This document shows positions 42,519 through 57,514 of a DNA stretch of 64,000 nucleotides, piece after piece. This DNA is from the human T2T-CHM13v2.0 reference genome, Homo sapiens. The notes beneath the pieces are model-generated. The model searched no databases, was not told the DNA's origin, and worked only from the letters and a program-made list of their open reading frames with translations. Location: the NCBI RefSeq assembly GCF_009914755.1, contig NC_060930.1. The stretch is one strand, 5' to 3'. Position 1 is the stretch's first letter. The number at the start of each line of letters is the position of its first letter. The position numbers were made by a program, and so were the translations under genes.

Positions 42519-45500
42519 TGCTGCCCCAGAGACGGCCGGCCACGGGCTGTGGCGACACGGTGAGCTGGAACAAACCGCTTTGTTCCTGCTTCACAGGCTT
42601 TACCTTACAGCAGGGTTAGGAGCCTGTTTACCTGCACTTCTGCCCAAGGAAAGGAGTAAAAGCCCTTCTCCTCCTTCCCTCCAGAGGACCCCATGGAGGC
42701 CTGCTGGGCTGCGCCCCCCTCACTGGCCTGGCCAGGGCGTGTGGGAGCACCCAGCAGCTGGGGCTCCTGGGCACCCACTGCCTGCCGGGCTTTGCCCTGG
42801 GAGCTGTGGGGCCCACAGCCCTATGGACTTCATACTTCTGCAGGGGCATGGGGCAACTTGAAGGGGTGTTGGTAGGTGTTACAAAGCGAGGCCCAGCCTG
42901 GGTCTGGCACGGTGAATCCTCCTTCCTGGCCGCCTCTCCTCACTCCGAAGGCTTCGCGGATGGTCTTGCTCCAGGTTGTCAGTTGCTCCTCTGAGTGGTG
43001 GGTGAAGAGGAAGCGGCTCCCGTGTGTGGGGCTGTAGGCGGACCAGCTGTTCTAGTTTGCTCATCACTGAGGAGTTCCTGGATGCACAGCTTTGGTGCTA
43101 AACTCAGAAAATCCTGGGCAACCCAACGAGTTGGTCATTCGGGCCAGGTACCAGCCACTTTTCAGACATCACTTTGCCTAACGCACATTGTTGGTCGTGT
43201 TGTCTCCCCATTGTAAAGAGAAACTAAGGTTGGAAAAGGCTAAACAAGCTGCCCAAACTCTCTGGATGGGGAGGGAAGAGTGGACATTTGAATTTAGGAC
43301 CACCTGACCTGTGCTGTTTCTCCTGGATGCCTCTGAGGTTGAGAGATGAGAAGTGGCATTCACAGGCGTGAATCCGTGATGCCCAAATGGTAGGCAGCTG
43401 TGGGCCACGGGCATGGACAATTATGCTGTGTGCTGTGGTGGTCGCCTGAACTGGGGCAGCAGCCCAGGAGTCCCTTGAGGGCATGGAGGTCTGAGGGGAG
43501 CAGCGCATCAGAAACAAGGGTGTGGGGACTTTAAGGACCCCATGGTCAGAGCACAGGTAGCAGAAAAGCACACACTGGGCCAGGCCGAGGGGGCACAGCC
43601 AGGCCGACAGGGCCTGGAAGGGAGATACCACCGCCAAGAAGGTCCCGATACCTGCACGTGCCTCCTCCACAGCCCAGACGCTTATCTAAAATATCTTTTA
43701 GGACAAGAACCAAACCCCTAAGCCTGGTGAGCCGAGGACCTGGCGGTGTCTGGCTGGCCGGGGTGGGGGCTATGTAGGCAGAAGCAGATGCTGGTGGAAG
43801 TTCACCCAGGCCCCCTTTGCCAGGTGGCCAGGGACAGCATCGGCCACTTCCACAGGGGGCCATGAAATGGTGTCAGCTTCTGACAGATGCTGGATGGACA
43901 TTCAGCCTAAGCATGGAAGCCAAAATGAAAGAATTCGCCAGGTCCTCGATTCATTGGGTAAAATCAGCTCTTGTAGCAGCCAGGCAGCTGGCAGGCTGGA
44001 TGCTGTGCTCAGGGCTACTATTACAGAGAGAAGCCCCAGCCCTCCAGGGCCTGTGGAAGAAAGCAACCAGCCCAGCGGCAGACAGGCCTTTCTGCAAGTC
44101 ACTGCAGCGAGGATGAGTGACAAGCTTATCAAGACGGCTGGTCAAGGCACCAAATGCCTCCTCCTAGGATCTGCACATGTCTGCTGGGCAAGGCTGCTGC
44201 TCCCTTGACAGGGAGAATTAGGAAAAAGAGCCCTCTCTGGATGGGCACAGCCTTCAGCAGCACAGCTTTGCAAGTGGAGTTCAGTCCCCGCTAACCCTCT
44301 TAGCTGGACACATTTGTGCAGTGCATAAACTGCACAACTGTACATGACGGTCCTGCCAGCAGAGGCTGTTTGTATCAAGGACTGATAACTCTTTTGCAGG
44401 CGGGAAGCAGGAGGTACCTGAGACCTGGGTGATGCCCTCCCCATCTGGTCCCTTCTGTGCTCAGAGTGGTCAACTCTTCCTAGGAAGCATCCAGGAGAAG
44501 CTATACAGGAGGATAAGGAGGAGGACAAGTGCATTGCGTGAAGAAATGTAACGTGCAAATGCACAGGGGCATAAAAGTTCCCCATTGACTAGAGAGTAGG
44601 GTGCAAGGTGGGGACAGCAGGAGATGAGGTGGGCAGGGGCCAGAGTTAAAGGCCTGGTCTTCTGTAGGCTGTTCTGTATTTGAGGCTCAGGGAGCTATCT
44701 ATGTGCCAGGCTGGAGGGAAGAGGGCAGCAAGGGAGAGCCAGGTGGGAGGTAACCTTCCTTTTCGTAGGCTCCTCTAGAGGCTTATTTCCATACCACATC
44801 AATGATATTCCCAGAAGCCTCCAGCAATAGTTCTGAGCTCTGTCTTCTGCCCATTGTGCCAGCTTCTGCTGGGAATCTTGGAAACAGAAGTTGGAGCCTT
44901 ACTCTTAAGCAGAAATGCCAAGGCTAAAAAGGGAAGTCATGACCACACACATGTGTCTGCTGGGACTAACTGGGGACAGAGGGTGCAGTTGGGGGTTGGG
45001 AAGAGTAAGCCGCTGCCACTGTGCTTGGGGTGGTCTGGGAGGACTTCTCATACCGTGCCCACTGCTTGTGCACACCTGGGTATGAGCACAGTCTCCACCC
45101 CTGACTGAGGCACTGGATGAATCACACCCCCTCCCTTAGTTCCTCCACCTGCAAAAGGGTATAGCAGCCCCCACCCACCCAGGGCCCAGGGCGTAAACTG
45201 CCCCAATGCCTTGATTATTTACTCTTCCTCCTGGTGGGTGGCAGCATCTGAGGGGCCAAGTCTTGCCTCACCCACGTGTGCAAGAGTACAGATCGAGGTT
45301 TGATTTGCCAAAAAATTTAACTATTTTCTTTTCCTCTTAAGTTCTGGTTTCTCCTTTTGGGAGGTGCAGGAAAGAGGCTGGAAAGGGCCCCCTTGACTGC
45401 TGCTGATTGGGAAGGGATGGGAGTGTGTGGACAATGGCTGGTGGGCCAGGCTGGCCGTGTCCCAGGGGCCAAGCCCCATGCTGGGCTGTTCTAACAAGAA

Positions 45501-46122
45501 CTTGAACTGAACCGAACCATGACCCCCAAATTGGAAAACACTGCCCTGATTCACTGAACCCGAAACCGAATCCAAATATTATTATTTTTTGACTGAACTC
45601 TGAATTGAACTAATGTTTTTTCTTAAATACCTACCAAACCAGTTCGAACTAGACACAAACATATGTGTTTTCTGAAACTATTGAACCTGAACTTCAAAAT
45701 AATCTCCTATCCGAGGGCAAAGTGAGACTTTATTTACTTGAGAGTGTTCTGTTCACAGCAGGCCAATAAAGCCTCCTTTATGGCAGAAGTAGCTTTCATT
45801 TGTTCAGCGCTTTCGTTTTAATTCTCATTTTTAAAAACCGGGGTGTAATTTACATACAGTGGAATGCATTGATCTTAAATGTATAGCTTGATCAATTTTG
45901 ACTACGCATATGCCAGAGGAACTCGGAGGAACCCCAGTCAAGATCTAGTGCCTTTATGTTCAGCCCAGAGGGTTCCCTCTGCCCCTCTCCCAGGCCATTC
46001 CCACCCCCACCAAACAACCACTGTTCTGACTTTGGTCTCCTTTTGCTTCTCGTTTGAGGCTTCTGATCAATCTCCCACCTCCACCATGGAAAGAGGGAAG
46101 ACCGATGTGATGATACCCATTT

Positions 46123-46352
46123 CTTCTTTTCTTTTTTCTAATGTTTATTTTAAGTTCAGGGGGGTACATCTGAAGGTTTCTTACACAGGTAAACTTGTGT
46201 CATGGGGATCTGTGGTACAGATTATTTCATCACCCAGGTATTAAGCCTGGTATCCATTAGTTATTTTTCCTGATCCTCTCCCTCCTCCCAGCCTCCACCC
46301 TCTGATTGGCTCCATTGTGTGCCATTCCCCTCCATGTGTCTGTGTGTTCTCA
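46123..46352 (-). mobile_element. 5'-truncated L1PA 3' end inserted in a MIR
   Basis: ttttaagttcaggggg.tacat...acagattatttcatcacccaggtattaagc; TSD-like gat(g/t)ata(c/g)ccattt. Confidence 0.88.
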
Positions 46353-49197
46353 GATTATAGCCATTTTATGGATGAGGGAATGAAGGCTCAGCTAAAGAGA
46401 AATGGCTTGTCTGAGCTCACAGAGCTAAGTATTAGCAGTGTTAGACCCAGCCAGGTTTCTGGTCTTCTAGCTCCTTCTTTCCATCTCAGGCCGTCTGCCA
46501 AATTAGATACCAATAATGGATCAATGCCTCTATGGATTTCCTAAGGAACATATCCCACCTCTGGGCTCCAGGGCATGATGGGCTGCACTCACCCCACAAG
46601 CAGGGTGGTTTTATCTATTTTTAAAGACCTCTCAGCAGAGAGCCTGGTGTGTCTCATTCTGGGCTGAGCCACCCCAGCAGACGGGACATTCTCCTTGGGC
46701 TTCAGTGCATCCCTCTGGCAGCAGCCTGCACTGGGATGTCTGTCCCCTGTCTCCAGCCTGCCTGTGTGTGGCTGTCTGTCGGTGTCTCTGGCTGCCTGTA
46801 AGTAGACAAACTGTATCTGACCCCCGAGAAGCAGTGTCTGTCTCCCCTCGCAGCCGAGCAAGAGAACATTGACTAGGTTCCCAGGCTGGGTTTCCTGGGG
46901 AAACATTTTCCAGAGCCTACAACAATGTTGTATTTGATTTGATTTCCCCCCCTTCTTTGCAGGCGATTGTGTGGTTTGGGGTGTTTTGCTCCTAGTTATA
47001 ATCCAATAAAGAGCAGCTGCTGAGATTTTTCCAAGAGTACCGCTTTCAACCGCCCTCGTTGAAAACGCTCTAATTTATTTCAGTCGCTTGTGGGAAAACC
47101 AGCCTTAGCTCAAAACAAAGGCGTCCTGTGCTGATGTAATTGCCCCAAGAGTTTCTCCTCAGCGCTTTGGGCCTGCGGATGCTCACCAAGGAGACCCGGG
47201 AAGAAGCCTCCCTTCTCGAGGGCTGAAGTTGTCCAGAGGAACCTTGCTGTCTTCCAGCCTCTCAGGAGGACGTGGGAGTCTCAAAGCCCAGTGTGGGTTG
47301 GGGCCAAGATGTTCTCCATGGCTAGCCAATTTCCTGTGGCTCTCAGGGGTCAGTTCATCAGTCAATCACACCTTAGTATGAATTAATCTGATTTTTTCTG
47401 CTTATGTACTCAAGCCCTTTCCACTGAGGGGCTAGCACTGTGGGTGAAAGGACTGATTAAGAGAGAGTTTCTGCTAAACAGACCTTCAGTGGGACCCAGC
47501 CTTGGGGGAACCTATGGTAGGGATCTGGGCAGTTGGAGGTGAGGGAGTGGGAAGAGATTCCGAGTAGGGGTTGGAGGAGACCTCCAGGGTCAGCTTGCCC
47601 CGGGGCCATTCAGATTTGCCTGTTCTGTCTCCGCCTGTCAAGGCCCCCCTTGGGCCCTAACTGCGGTGATTAAAGAGGGCCTCATGAGTAACTCGGTTGT
47701 ATTGCGCCCAAATATCTTTCTTGGGAAGCACAAGGGCCTCCTGGACTGTAAATTTAAAAATGGCAGCCCCATGGCAGAGCGATGTGTGAAATGTTTTTGT
47801 TACTTTGTCAACTCACAGATGCGACACTCTGATCGAATTACACCTGGTGGTGCTGTGTGTTTGGCTATAACTGTATTTCCAGGTGAGTGACTCTAGGGGT
47901 GTGCTTTGGGGTTGACTATCTCCAAGGCCCTGTTTTCCGTTTCATTTGCAAAGCGATTTTCATAGAGCCATGGAGATCTCTTTGTTTCCAAGTCAGAGGA
48001 AGTCACATGCCAGGGAGCATTTGCCTGTGAAGTGCCCTGCTTTGCCCACAGGCTGCCCTCTGCCCTGCCACTCCCTCCCTTAGAACCACCTGCAGGGGCC
48101 AAGCGAATCAAGTTGACAGAGTCTTGCACAGGCGGGAGCAAGACCTCTTTCGGCCTTGGATTCTTAGCAGTTAGTTATAAAGCACTGGCATGGTGTAGAC
48201 ACAGAAGAGTTCCAAACACTTCAAAAGTGCTGTACAGATCTCTAGGATTCATAGCCTTCGGAGATTCTGGCTTAGTCCATCTGATGTGGGACTCAAGCAT
48301 CTTTATTTTTCTTTCAAAATATCTTCAGTATGTATGTTCCTCTAGAAAATTAAGAAAATGTCAACCATCATGGTTCCCTCCCTTAGATACTCGCATTGAA
48401 CATTTTTGCGACTTTCCTTCCAGGCTTTTTTATTGTGCATACATTTATATTCGGATTAGTGCCGCACACTCAGTTTGGTGTCATTTTCCTCTGAGCATCG
48501 TGAGTATTTTCCCATGACATTTAATATTTTTTGAAAGCGTGGTTTGTACCGGCTGCGCATAAGGGAATCTTTGTCTGCATGTCTGATTATTTCCTCGAGA
48601 TGGGTTCCCAAGTGTGTGAGAAAACTCTAGAGTAGAGTTTTAAACACTTAGCTTAGCTCATTTCCTTGTGCTGGATTCTACTCCCCCCCAGTGTATCCAC
48701 CCCATCTCCTGCCAATACGGAACATTTGCTCATTTATTTTCTTAGTTTTAGAATCACAAAAGCAGTGCATACTCAAGCAATAAGGATGAAATAAGTATGA
48801 AGTCAAGTATCAAGCAATAAGTATGAAACAAAAGCACCCAGTCTTTGGTTTCCCCTGCCGTTGACTATCCCCCAGAGACTGGCACCATCAGTTTGGGGTG
48901 TATCTTGGAGCACCTTCCTCTTCAGCCTTCATTTTATTTTTCATACATTTCCCAGATGCTGCATGGGCAGACTGGGAACTATTGGTGTTGGGGGGAAAGG
49001 ACAGCTTGGGAACCTGAGAACCTGAGAGCCGCCCCTGCCCCGCTAGAAGGTGAGCACAAATGTCCTGGACCTTGCTTTCCTCTTTGCAGTGTAGGCATAA
49101 TGATATCTTTGTTGTTTGTTGGTAAGATTGTTCTGAGATTTGATTAACCAGCTGTAGCAAACAAACAAAACAAGAATGAAACAAACAAAACCAAGTA

Positions 49198-49298
49198 GGA
49201 TGCCTAGTTAGTTAAATATGAATTTCAGATAATGAATGATTTTTGAGTATTAACATGTCCCATACAATATTTTACCTGCATTTTATCTGGCAGCCTAC
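49198..49298. mobile_element. MER53 fragment
   Basis: agttaaatatgaatttcagataa...atgtcccatacaatattt...tttatctggcagcc. Confidence 0.7.
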
Positions 49299-51204
49299 CT
49301 GAGATGAACATGTAGAAGGGACTTTGAAATGGGTTCTGGCAGAGCGTCCCGGGGCCCCAGCTGGCTCCTTCCTTTTGGTTACAGAGGACTCCTTATCTTA
49401 GGGGAGATCAGGGCTTGTCCATCCTTGGTCTTGAGACAGTCCCTCAAGCACTGACAAGTGGCAGGAAGGAGGAGCCTCTTCAGCAGCGGGAGGAAGGGGG
49501 AGTGCACCATCATTTACTGAGCACCTACAGTATGCTAGGCTGTTGGTAAACACCCTGTCTCTGTGTGTGCCCAACTGCTTGTTGGTGCTGAGCCTGCTCC
49601 TGACTCTAATGCCCTCGCAGTCCTCAGCCCCCCATTCCTCTGCCTGAACCCATTCCCAATTCCTGCCTCACCTGGCAGCATATTCAGATATGCTTCTTGG
49701 ACTTGAGCCCTTGCCTGCCTGCATGTGCCCTCAGACAGCCTGACACAGAGGCCCTGGGCAAGGGGCGAGTTCCTCCAAAGATCCTGCTATCCCCTGGGGA
49801 CTGACCCCTCTAGCCTCCTCTGGGGCTCCTCTGCTGTCCCTCGAACCCAGGCTCAGTGTTCCATGTGGGTCTAAGTGGGTGGCATTGGTGGTGTGATCTG
49901 CGGTTCCCAGGACCCCTGCCATTGTCTCCCTTCTTTGGTGAGTTGCATAGACTGCCTTTCCTGGTCGTCACTGAGCAGAGGCAGAGAGAGGAGTGTGCGA
50001 GGTGCCCTTTCTCTCTGGGGCTGCCTCCTAGGCTGCTGGGTGTGGTGCTCTCCTGCGTGCCCTCTGGGCCTCATCTGGCACCCCTCACCCTGGCCCTTCA
50101 CCGGGGAGTGGGAGTTGGGACTTTGTGGAGCTCCCCCCACCGCCTCCCACCGCCCTCCCCGCCCAACCGTGAGATGCAGATACATTGTACTCAAAATGTC
50201 TGAGCGTGGTGTAATTTTGTTCTAAATCAGATGCCATTTTAACCTGTATTATACCACGGGCCAGTGGCATTTCAGTAGAGACACGTGTACAGTAGGGGAA
50301 TGCTTTCATCTGAAAATGTTCTACGCTGTACGTGTACTTCCCTCAAGTAGCAGCGCACCTCCTTCCGGGGCTGAGTTTGAGAACCTCCTGGAGCCTCACT
50401 GTTGCAGTGCCTTCACGCCTCTGTGTCTTGGCTCTGGGCAGAGGTTAGGAACTCTAAATGGCGGGACACGACGTTTTGCATGTATTATTTCTCCTGGCTA
50501 AAGTCACTAGCGCTACTATGTCTACCTTATAAATAATGATGGTAATAATATCTCAAATTTATATAGCATGTTAATTTTTTTCTAATCCATTTTAATAAGA
50601 TTTAAAACAATATTGAGAAAGCAGTAGCCTCTTCCCTGCTCCCAGTTCAGTTCCCTTTATCTTCCAGTTTGCTGTGAACCCAGTTTGGGTTATAACCTTC
50701 TAGACTTTTCCATTCGTACGTGAACTATATGTGTGGTTTCTTTTTCTTACATGCCTGGTATCACACTACCCATTTTGCTCTGTAATCCTGCCTTTTTACT
50801 CAGCAATAGATCACAAACATACAGTTCTTTTTCCTTCTTAATTGCACTGTCCTGTATTGTTTGGGTGTATACCAGTTCTTGTATTAATCTTCTACTGGTT
50901 GACATCTAGATTGTGTCTCGTTTTTCCGCTGTCACAAGCAGTGCAGCAGTGAACACCTCTGTGTTAACTGCGCACCCAGCTGTGCCCAATTAACTTAGAG
51001 AAACTCACTTCCATCTGATAGTTGGTGTGTGTAGGTCAAGCACTAGCCATCCACTTTACAGATGCAAAAACCCAGCAGGGAAGGGCAAAAGGTTCCTGTG
51101 GCCACACAGCCAGCACAGAGCGGAACAGCTTGCTTTTGAGGCCCAATCTCAGGCCCTCTCTATATCCTCATGGCTGCCTCTTCCAGGAATGAGAGCGTTT
51201 TAGA

Positions 51205-51365
51205 CCAGCACCTCTCATTCTTCCATGTGCACACACATGCCCTGGGGATTCCCTTAAAGTGCAGATTCTGATCGAGTGGCTGGAGGGCGGGGCCTGAGAA
51301 TCTGCATTTCTAAGCTTCCAGCGGCACCCATGCTACTGGTCTGGACCCCACTTGAGCACTGAGGC
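51205..51365. mobile_element. MER5-family MITE
   Basis: gcagattctgat...ggggcctgagaatctgcatttctaa. Confidence 0.75.
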
Positions 51366-51659
51366 TTTAGTTTAGTTAAAATCACAAGTGTATAGAAGGT
51401 TTTTTAAGGGGTGAAGTGGGGGGTCGAGGGGAGACACGTGGTGTGTGTGCCTTCATTGAACTCGAATCTTTGATCGCAAATACTGTAAGCACCAAGGTTA
51501 GAAGTGCCTGCAGCACCACAAAACCCTAGAACAAGGAGGGTTCTAAGAGACCAGTGAGTTCAGAGGACTGGGCCCATCAGGAAGCTGACTTGCCCAAGGC
51601 CCCCGAGAGCCAGGGCTGCACCAGATGCCACGGGACCCCACCCAGGACTTTCCACCTAG

Positions 51660-52117
<458 letters not shown>

Positions 52118-53584
52118 AGGGTCATTTTTAAGGGCTTTCTTAGAAAAACCCAAATCATTTCTGAGTCCAAAAGTCACACACGCATCACACCAGGAGAGAC
52201 AGGCAGATGGAAGAAGAAACAGAGGCCCATGTGGCCAGGGGCAGACACGGTGAGGGATGCAGAGAATAGGAAAGACTGGAGTAGAGACAGACAGGGAGAC
52301 AGATGGACAGGGGGAGAGCAGAGGTGGAGTAGGGAGAAAGACGAGGGGCAGGGGGAGCACAGGAAGAAACGGAGACTCCCAGCTGGGTCTCTGTCAAGAG
52401 TGGAGCCTGCAGACCACAGCCCTGCCCCAGCATCCTGATCCCCCAAAAGGGGGTGCTGTCTCCAGCTTCAATTGAATCCACCTCAGGCCTAAGGGTTCTC
52501 ATTATTTCATTTCTCATGTTCATGTTTGAAAAAAAGACCTTGCCTTCCCTTCCCCCTGCCCTCCCCATCACCGGACTCTTGCCACCATCCCAGCCCTGAA
52601 GAAGAAGGACAGAAAGCCCTCTCCATTCATCAGGGCAGAGGCTGCGTAATGGCGGTGAGCGAGGGGCTGGAACTACCGTCTGATTGAACATTAGTCATCC
52701 TGCACGTTATATTCTCTAATGAGAAAATTATTTCAAATTGCCTCAAGGGATGGTTGTGATTAAACTATTTGCCTTGACTTCCTCTGCTAAATTGAACGTG
52801 TGCGCTTGTGTGTGTGTGAATACCCACATGCACACAGTCTCCCCCACCAAATGTGCTCACCAAAGGCCCTGGAACACATCCTCTGAATTCCAGAGGGTTT
52901 AGCTTCCAACCTGTTCACAGTATGCCTTTTCCTGCTGCAATTCAGAGCCAGCCAGGTCCTGAGAAGGGAGAGGGAGGCTGTTAGTGGAGCTGTATCAAGC
53001 CCTGCCAACCAGCCCCCATTCCTGCAAGGTCTTAGTTGCCTGTGTTTCAAAGGGAGCTGAGCTTCTATGGATGAGCTTCTCTTGGGTGTCAGATGTCTGT
53101 CTCTTAAAGAGAGAAGCATTCTTCAGGCAAGAATCTGGAGCTCTTTTCAGATCCCTCTTTATTTTCTCTGCTGTGAAACTCCAATTTTATTTGGACCTCC
53201 TGTGCATAAGCTGGGCCAAGCCATTAATATGCCACCCCTATTTGCCATTTTTGAAGGTTTTTGAAGCATATTTCAAAAGAGAACCAAAGCATACCATTAA
53301 GCAAGGAACTCGAAAGTTTTTATGCAGAATTTATAACATCAAAAAAGAACCCAAAAGTGCATGGTCTTGATTATTAGGACATCAATATGCCATTACCCCA
53401 ATTCCCTTCTCTCTAAATCCTAGCCACACTTCAAGGGGGTAGTGCAAATAGTCCCTTCTCTGGAATCTCTCTCTGACCATTGCCTCAGTCACAATTAAGC
53501 CCTCCTTGTTCTGGGCTCCCATGACTTTGTCTCTGGTTGATAGAATTCAACAAATGCTTATTGAGTCCATATCAATGAGCTGCT

Positions 53585-54765
53585 GCTAGGCTATACTTGT
53601 TAAAAAACAACCCCCATGACTCAGTGGTTTATGGCAGTAGCCTTCCATGTCAGCTGCACACTGGTCATGACACTGCCTATTCATTCTGGGATCCAGGCTG
53701 AAGTAGCAGCCCCCGTCTAGGACATGCCATTCTCCAGGTAGATGGAAACAGAGGACAATCATCAAACCATGTGTGGCTTTAAAAACTCTGCTCAGATGTA
53801 GCACACATCACCTCCATTCACATCCTATTGGCCAAAGCAGGTCATGTGGTCAAGCCTGATGTCAGTGGGGAAGAATCATCCTTTTACCATGTGCCCATGT
53901 GAGATGTCCTGGATATACAAGGATCAATTCAGTGCCTTTGGACTCACCATTTGGAGCACTTTGGTGTCTATTCTTAGCCTTCTACCAAAATCCTCTTCCC
54001 ATGATCATTAGGGTCTTTACAATCACCATATTTAATAATCCTTTTTTCTTTTTGTAGGCAAGTTGCATGCTACTTGATATCTTGGCTGCGTGTGATTCTG
54101 TTGACCACTCTCTTCTCTCAGCTTCTGGGATGTAGCTTTCTCCCAGTCCTCTTTCTACACCCCTGGATACCCCATCTCTGTAGCTTTTGGTCCATCTCTC
54201 CCACCTCTCCTTTCAATTCCTTTAAATGTTATGGTTCCCTTTGGGTTGGGGAAATCTCTTCCCTGGAGTTAATTTTAACTTCTGCTTCCATCTCTATGAC
54301 CATAAACTCATTTTTTTTCCTGCTAAACCTGGTCCTCCTCTTATGTGGCAGATTACATATGGGCCACACCATCTTTGCAGCTGTTCCTATGACATATGAA
54401 ATTGACTTCCTCTCCCCCTGAAACTGGGCTGCGCTTGTGGCTTACTTTGACCCATGGAATGTGATAGAAGAGGCATTGTGAGAGTTCTGAAGCCAGCTGC
54501 CATGTAAAGAAGGCTGTCTAGTCTGTTGGAGGATGAGAGATGGAGAAGAACTGAGGTGTCTCCGGTGACAGCCAGTGCCAACTTCCAGGCTCAAGAGTGG
54601 GGCCAGCTTGGACCTTCCAGCCCAGCTGATCCTCCAGCTGAATGCAGCCAAATGAGTGAGTCCAGGCATGACCAGCGGAGGAGACATCCAGCTGACCCCT
54701 AAAGCTTTGCTATTTAAGTCATTAAGTTTTGGAATGGTTTGTGATGTGCGATAGATAATGGAAAC
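53585..54765. mobile_element. Two old MLT1 MaLR LTRs (~53585-53875 minus; ~54345-54765 plus) in L2 remnants
   Basis: cattcacatcctattggccaaagcaggtcatgtggtcaagcctga; tttaagtcattaagttttggaatggtttgt...atagataatggaaaca. Confidence 0.7.
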
Positions 54766-55942
54766 ATCCTGTATCCCCTAAATTGGTTAACGGCGCTGCT
54801 ATCTAACCAGTTATATAACCACTGCTATCTAATGGCACTGCTATCTGACCCCTAAATCTGGTAGTCACCCCTCTTTTCTCTCTCTGCTTCAACCCTACAT
54901 CCACTAGGTCAATGAGACCCATCAAAGTGATCTAAGGGGGGAAATGGGAAACTGGAGTTTGGTGAGTATAGTGTTTCAGTTTAGCAAGATGAAAAAGTTC
55001 TGAAGATTGGTTGTACAACAATGTGAATATTCTCAACACTGCTGAACAGTACTCATGAACATGGTTAGAATGTTAAACTTTGTATGTATATTTTGCCACA
55101 ATTAAAAAAATGATCTAAATATTTCCTGATTTTGCCCCCTCCTCTCAATCCCCACCCTCCACACTGCTTTCTTTCTGAAATGCAGTTCCAGCCTTGACAC
55201 TTATTTTAAAACTCAGAGCCTTCCTCTCTGCCTTCCGGGTAAAATCCAAACCCTGTACCAGGAACTGTAGGGTTACCTGTCTGCCCTCGTGTCCCACCAC
55301 TTCTGTTCTCACTGAGGTTCTCCTGTTGCTTGTGTGCCTTTCTATCTCTTCCTTGCTTCTGGACCTCCTTGCTTTGCACAAGAAGTTTCTTCCACTGGGA
55401 TGTTCTTACTGCTTTTTATTAGACGTTGGCATCACTCACTGGGTCTTCAGGGTTCCTGTTTTTAATGCAACTTAAGCTACCAGTATATACAAATTTTTAC
55501 TTTTTCTAACCCTTTGATCTAGTAATTTTAATTCTGAAACTCCAACCCATCAAAAGCATACAAATGCCAAATAACTAGCAGGACCCTGGGGATAATGGTT
55601 AAGAGTAGATGAGAGGGCAGGGAAGAAGCCATGGCTTACTGTGACAATCTTGTCACATCACAGGGGGTCAACATGTAAACACGCGGTGTCATGTGTTGCT
55701 GCAGCCGGTGCTAGTGTCTACCACGTCGGGGTATTGCCCCAGACACTTTCCATCTGTGTCTCTGATTCTTATCACACCCGCATGAGGTGTTTACTACCAT
55801 CCCTATTTCACAGATGAGCAAATTGAGGCTCACTGAAGTATCACACACATATAGAAATGTAAACACATCATCTAGAGAAAGCCATGTCCTGCAAGCTGAG
55901 AGAAGAGATTGGTTGACAGAGTCATATGCTGCCAAGATATTA

Positions 55943-56300
<358 letters not shown>

Positions 56301-57514
56301 AATCACTAGATTTGGTGAACACGTCAATGGATTAGTACAAAGTGAACATGTCTGTTGACCACTGCCCAGAACAAGAAAGAGAATGTCACCAGTGCCCCAG
56401 AAACGCCCCTGTGTCCCTCCTAGATACTAGTCCCACTGTCCTCAAAGGTAACCGTCATCCTGGCTTCTAACTAATCCGTGGGCAGTTTGTCTAAAGTTGT
56501 GCTGTGAGGAAAGGGACCGGTGGCTTCTGTACTCCTCTGTTCTGTCACATGAGCCCCAAAGGTGGACAGTGTTCGGTGGCAGTGACAGGAGAGATGGGGC
56601 TGACTTCCCAGCTCTGCTGCATCCCGGCCCTGACTTTGCTAGGTGTGGGCCTGACCATCTGTGTGTCTGGGGAGAAGGCCATGCGTTTCTCAGCACTCAG
56701 AGAAAGACCTGCCAGGGGAGCCTGTCTCTTTTTGTCTGCCCCAGGCAGGGGCTTGGTCTTCGAGGCGTGTGCCTATACACATAGACACACACAGACACCC
56801 CTATGATCTATCTCCAGCTTGGAGGCTGTTGCAACTACAAACCTTCCAAATAAATCCCTGATCTCTCCCAGAAAGCTGTTGTGAACTCAGTGGAAGGAAA
56901 GCTTTTAAAGTGACCCTCCATTTAAGCCCCGAGTCAAAGCCTTATGTGTTTTCTTTCCTTTTCTTAACTGGAAGGTTATGTGTTTCTTAGCTACTGGTCA
57001 GACTGGATGAGACTGCCAAAAAGCTTTCAGGGAATTTCCTCACCATGTAACAAATTTATGAGTCATATGAAAAACTGGGAAATGCTTCAACCAGCTGCCT
57101 CTCATTGACTCAGAGCCTTTCTCACAACACCTTGGTGCTGGGGCCTTGGATGGAGCCAGCAGCTGGGTTTATGATAACTACAAATGGCCTGCCATTGTCT
57201 GGGAGGAAGCTGTCTTCATCTCCCCTTTTATTTCCATTCTCCTGTCCTCCCCAGCAGAAAGCTATAAACGTTCTCTGAAACAGTTCAGCCACTGAAAGGG
57301 CAACTGCAGAGGCCTTGATTGTCCTAAAAAGGCCCCGCGGATGGGTGGGTGGGCTGGTAGGTAGCTGAAGGCAGGTTTGGGACCTCATTCTCCATCACTG
57401 TTAGGTAACCTTTGGGCTTCTTAGACTCAACCTGCCTAAAACTGAGCTCTGATCTCCCCTTCTTCCACCCCTTGCTGTCTTCCCCATCTTACAAAATGCT
57501 AACTTCATCAGTGC

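Noticed and set aside
50280-50337. Imperfect hairpin acacgtgtacag...ctgtacgtgt
   Set aside because: Short, gapped arms; compatible with chance or a decayed MITE.
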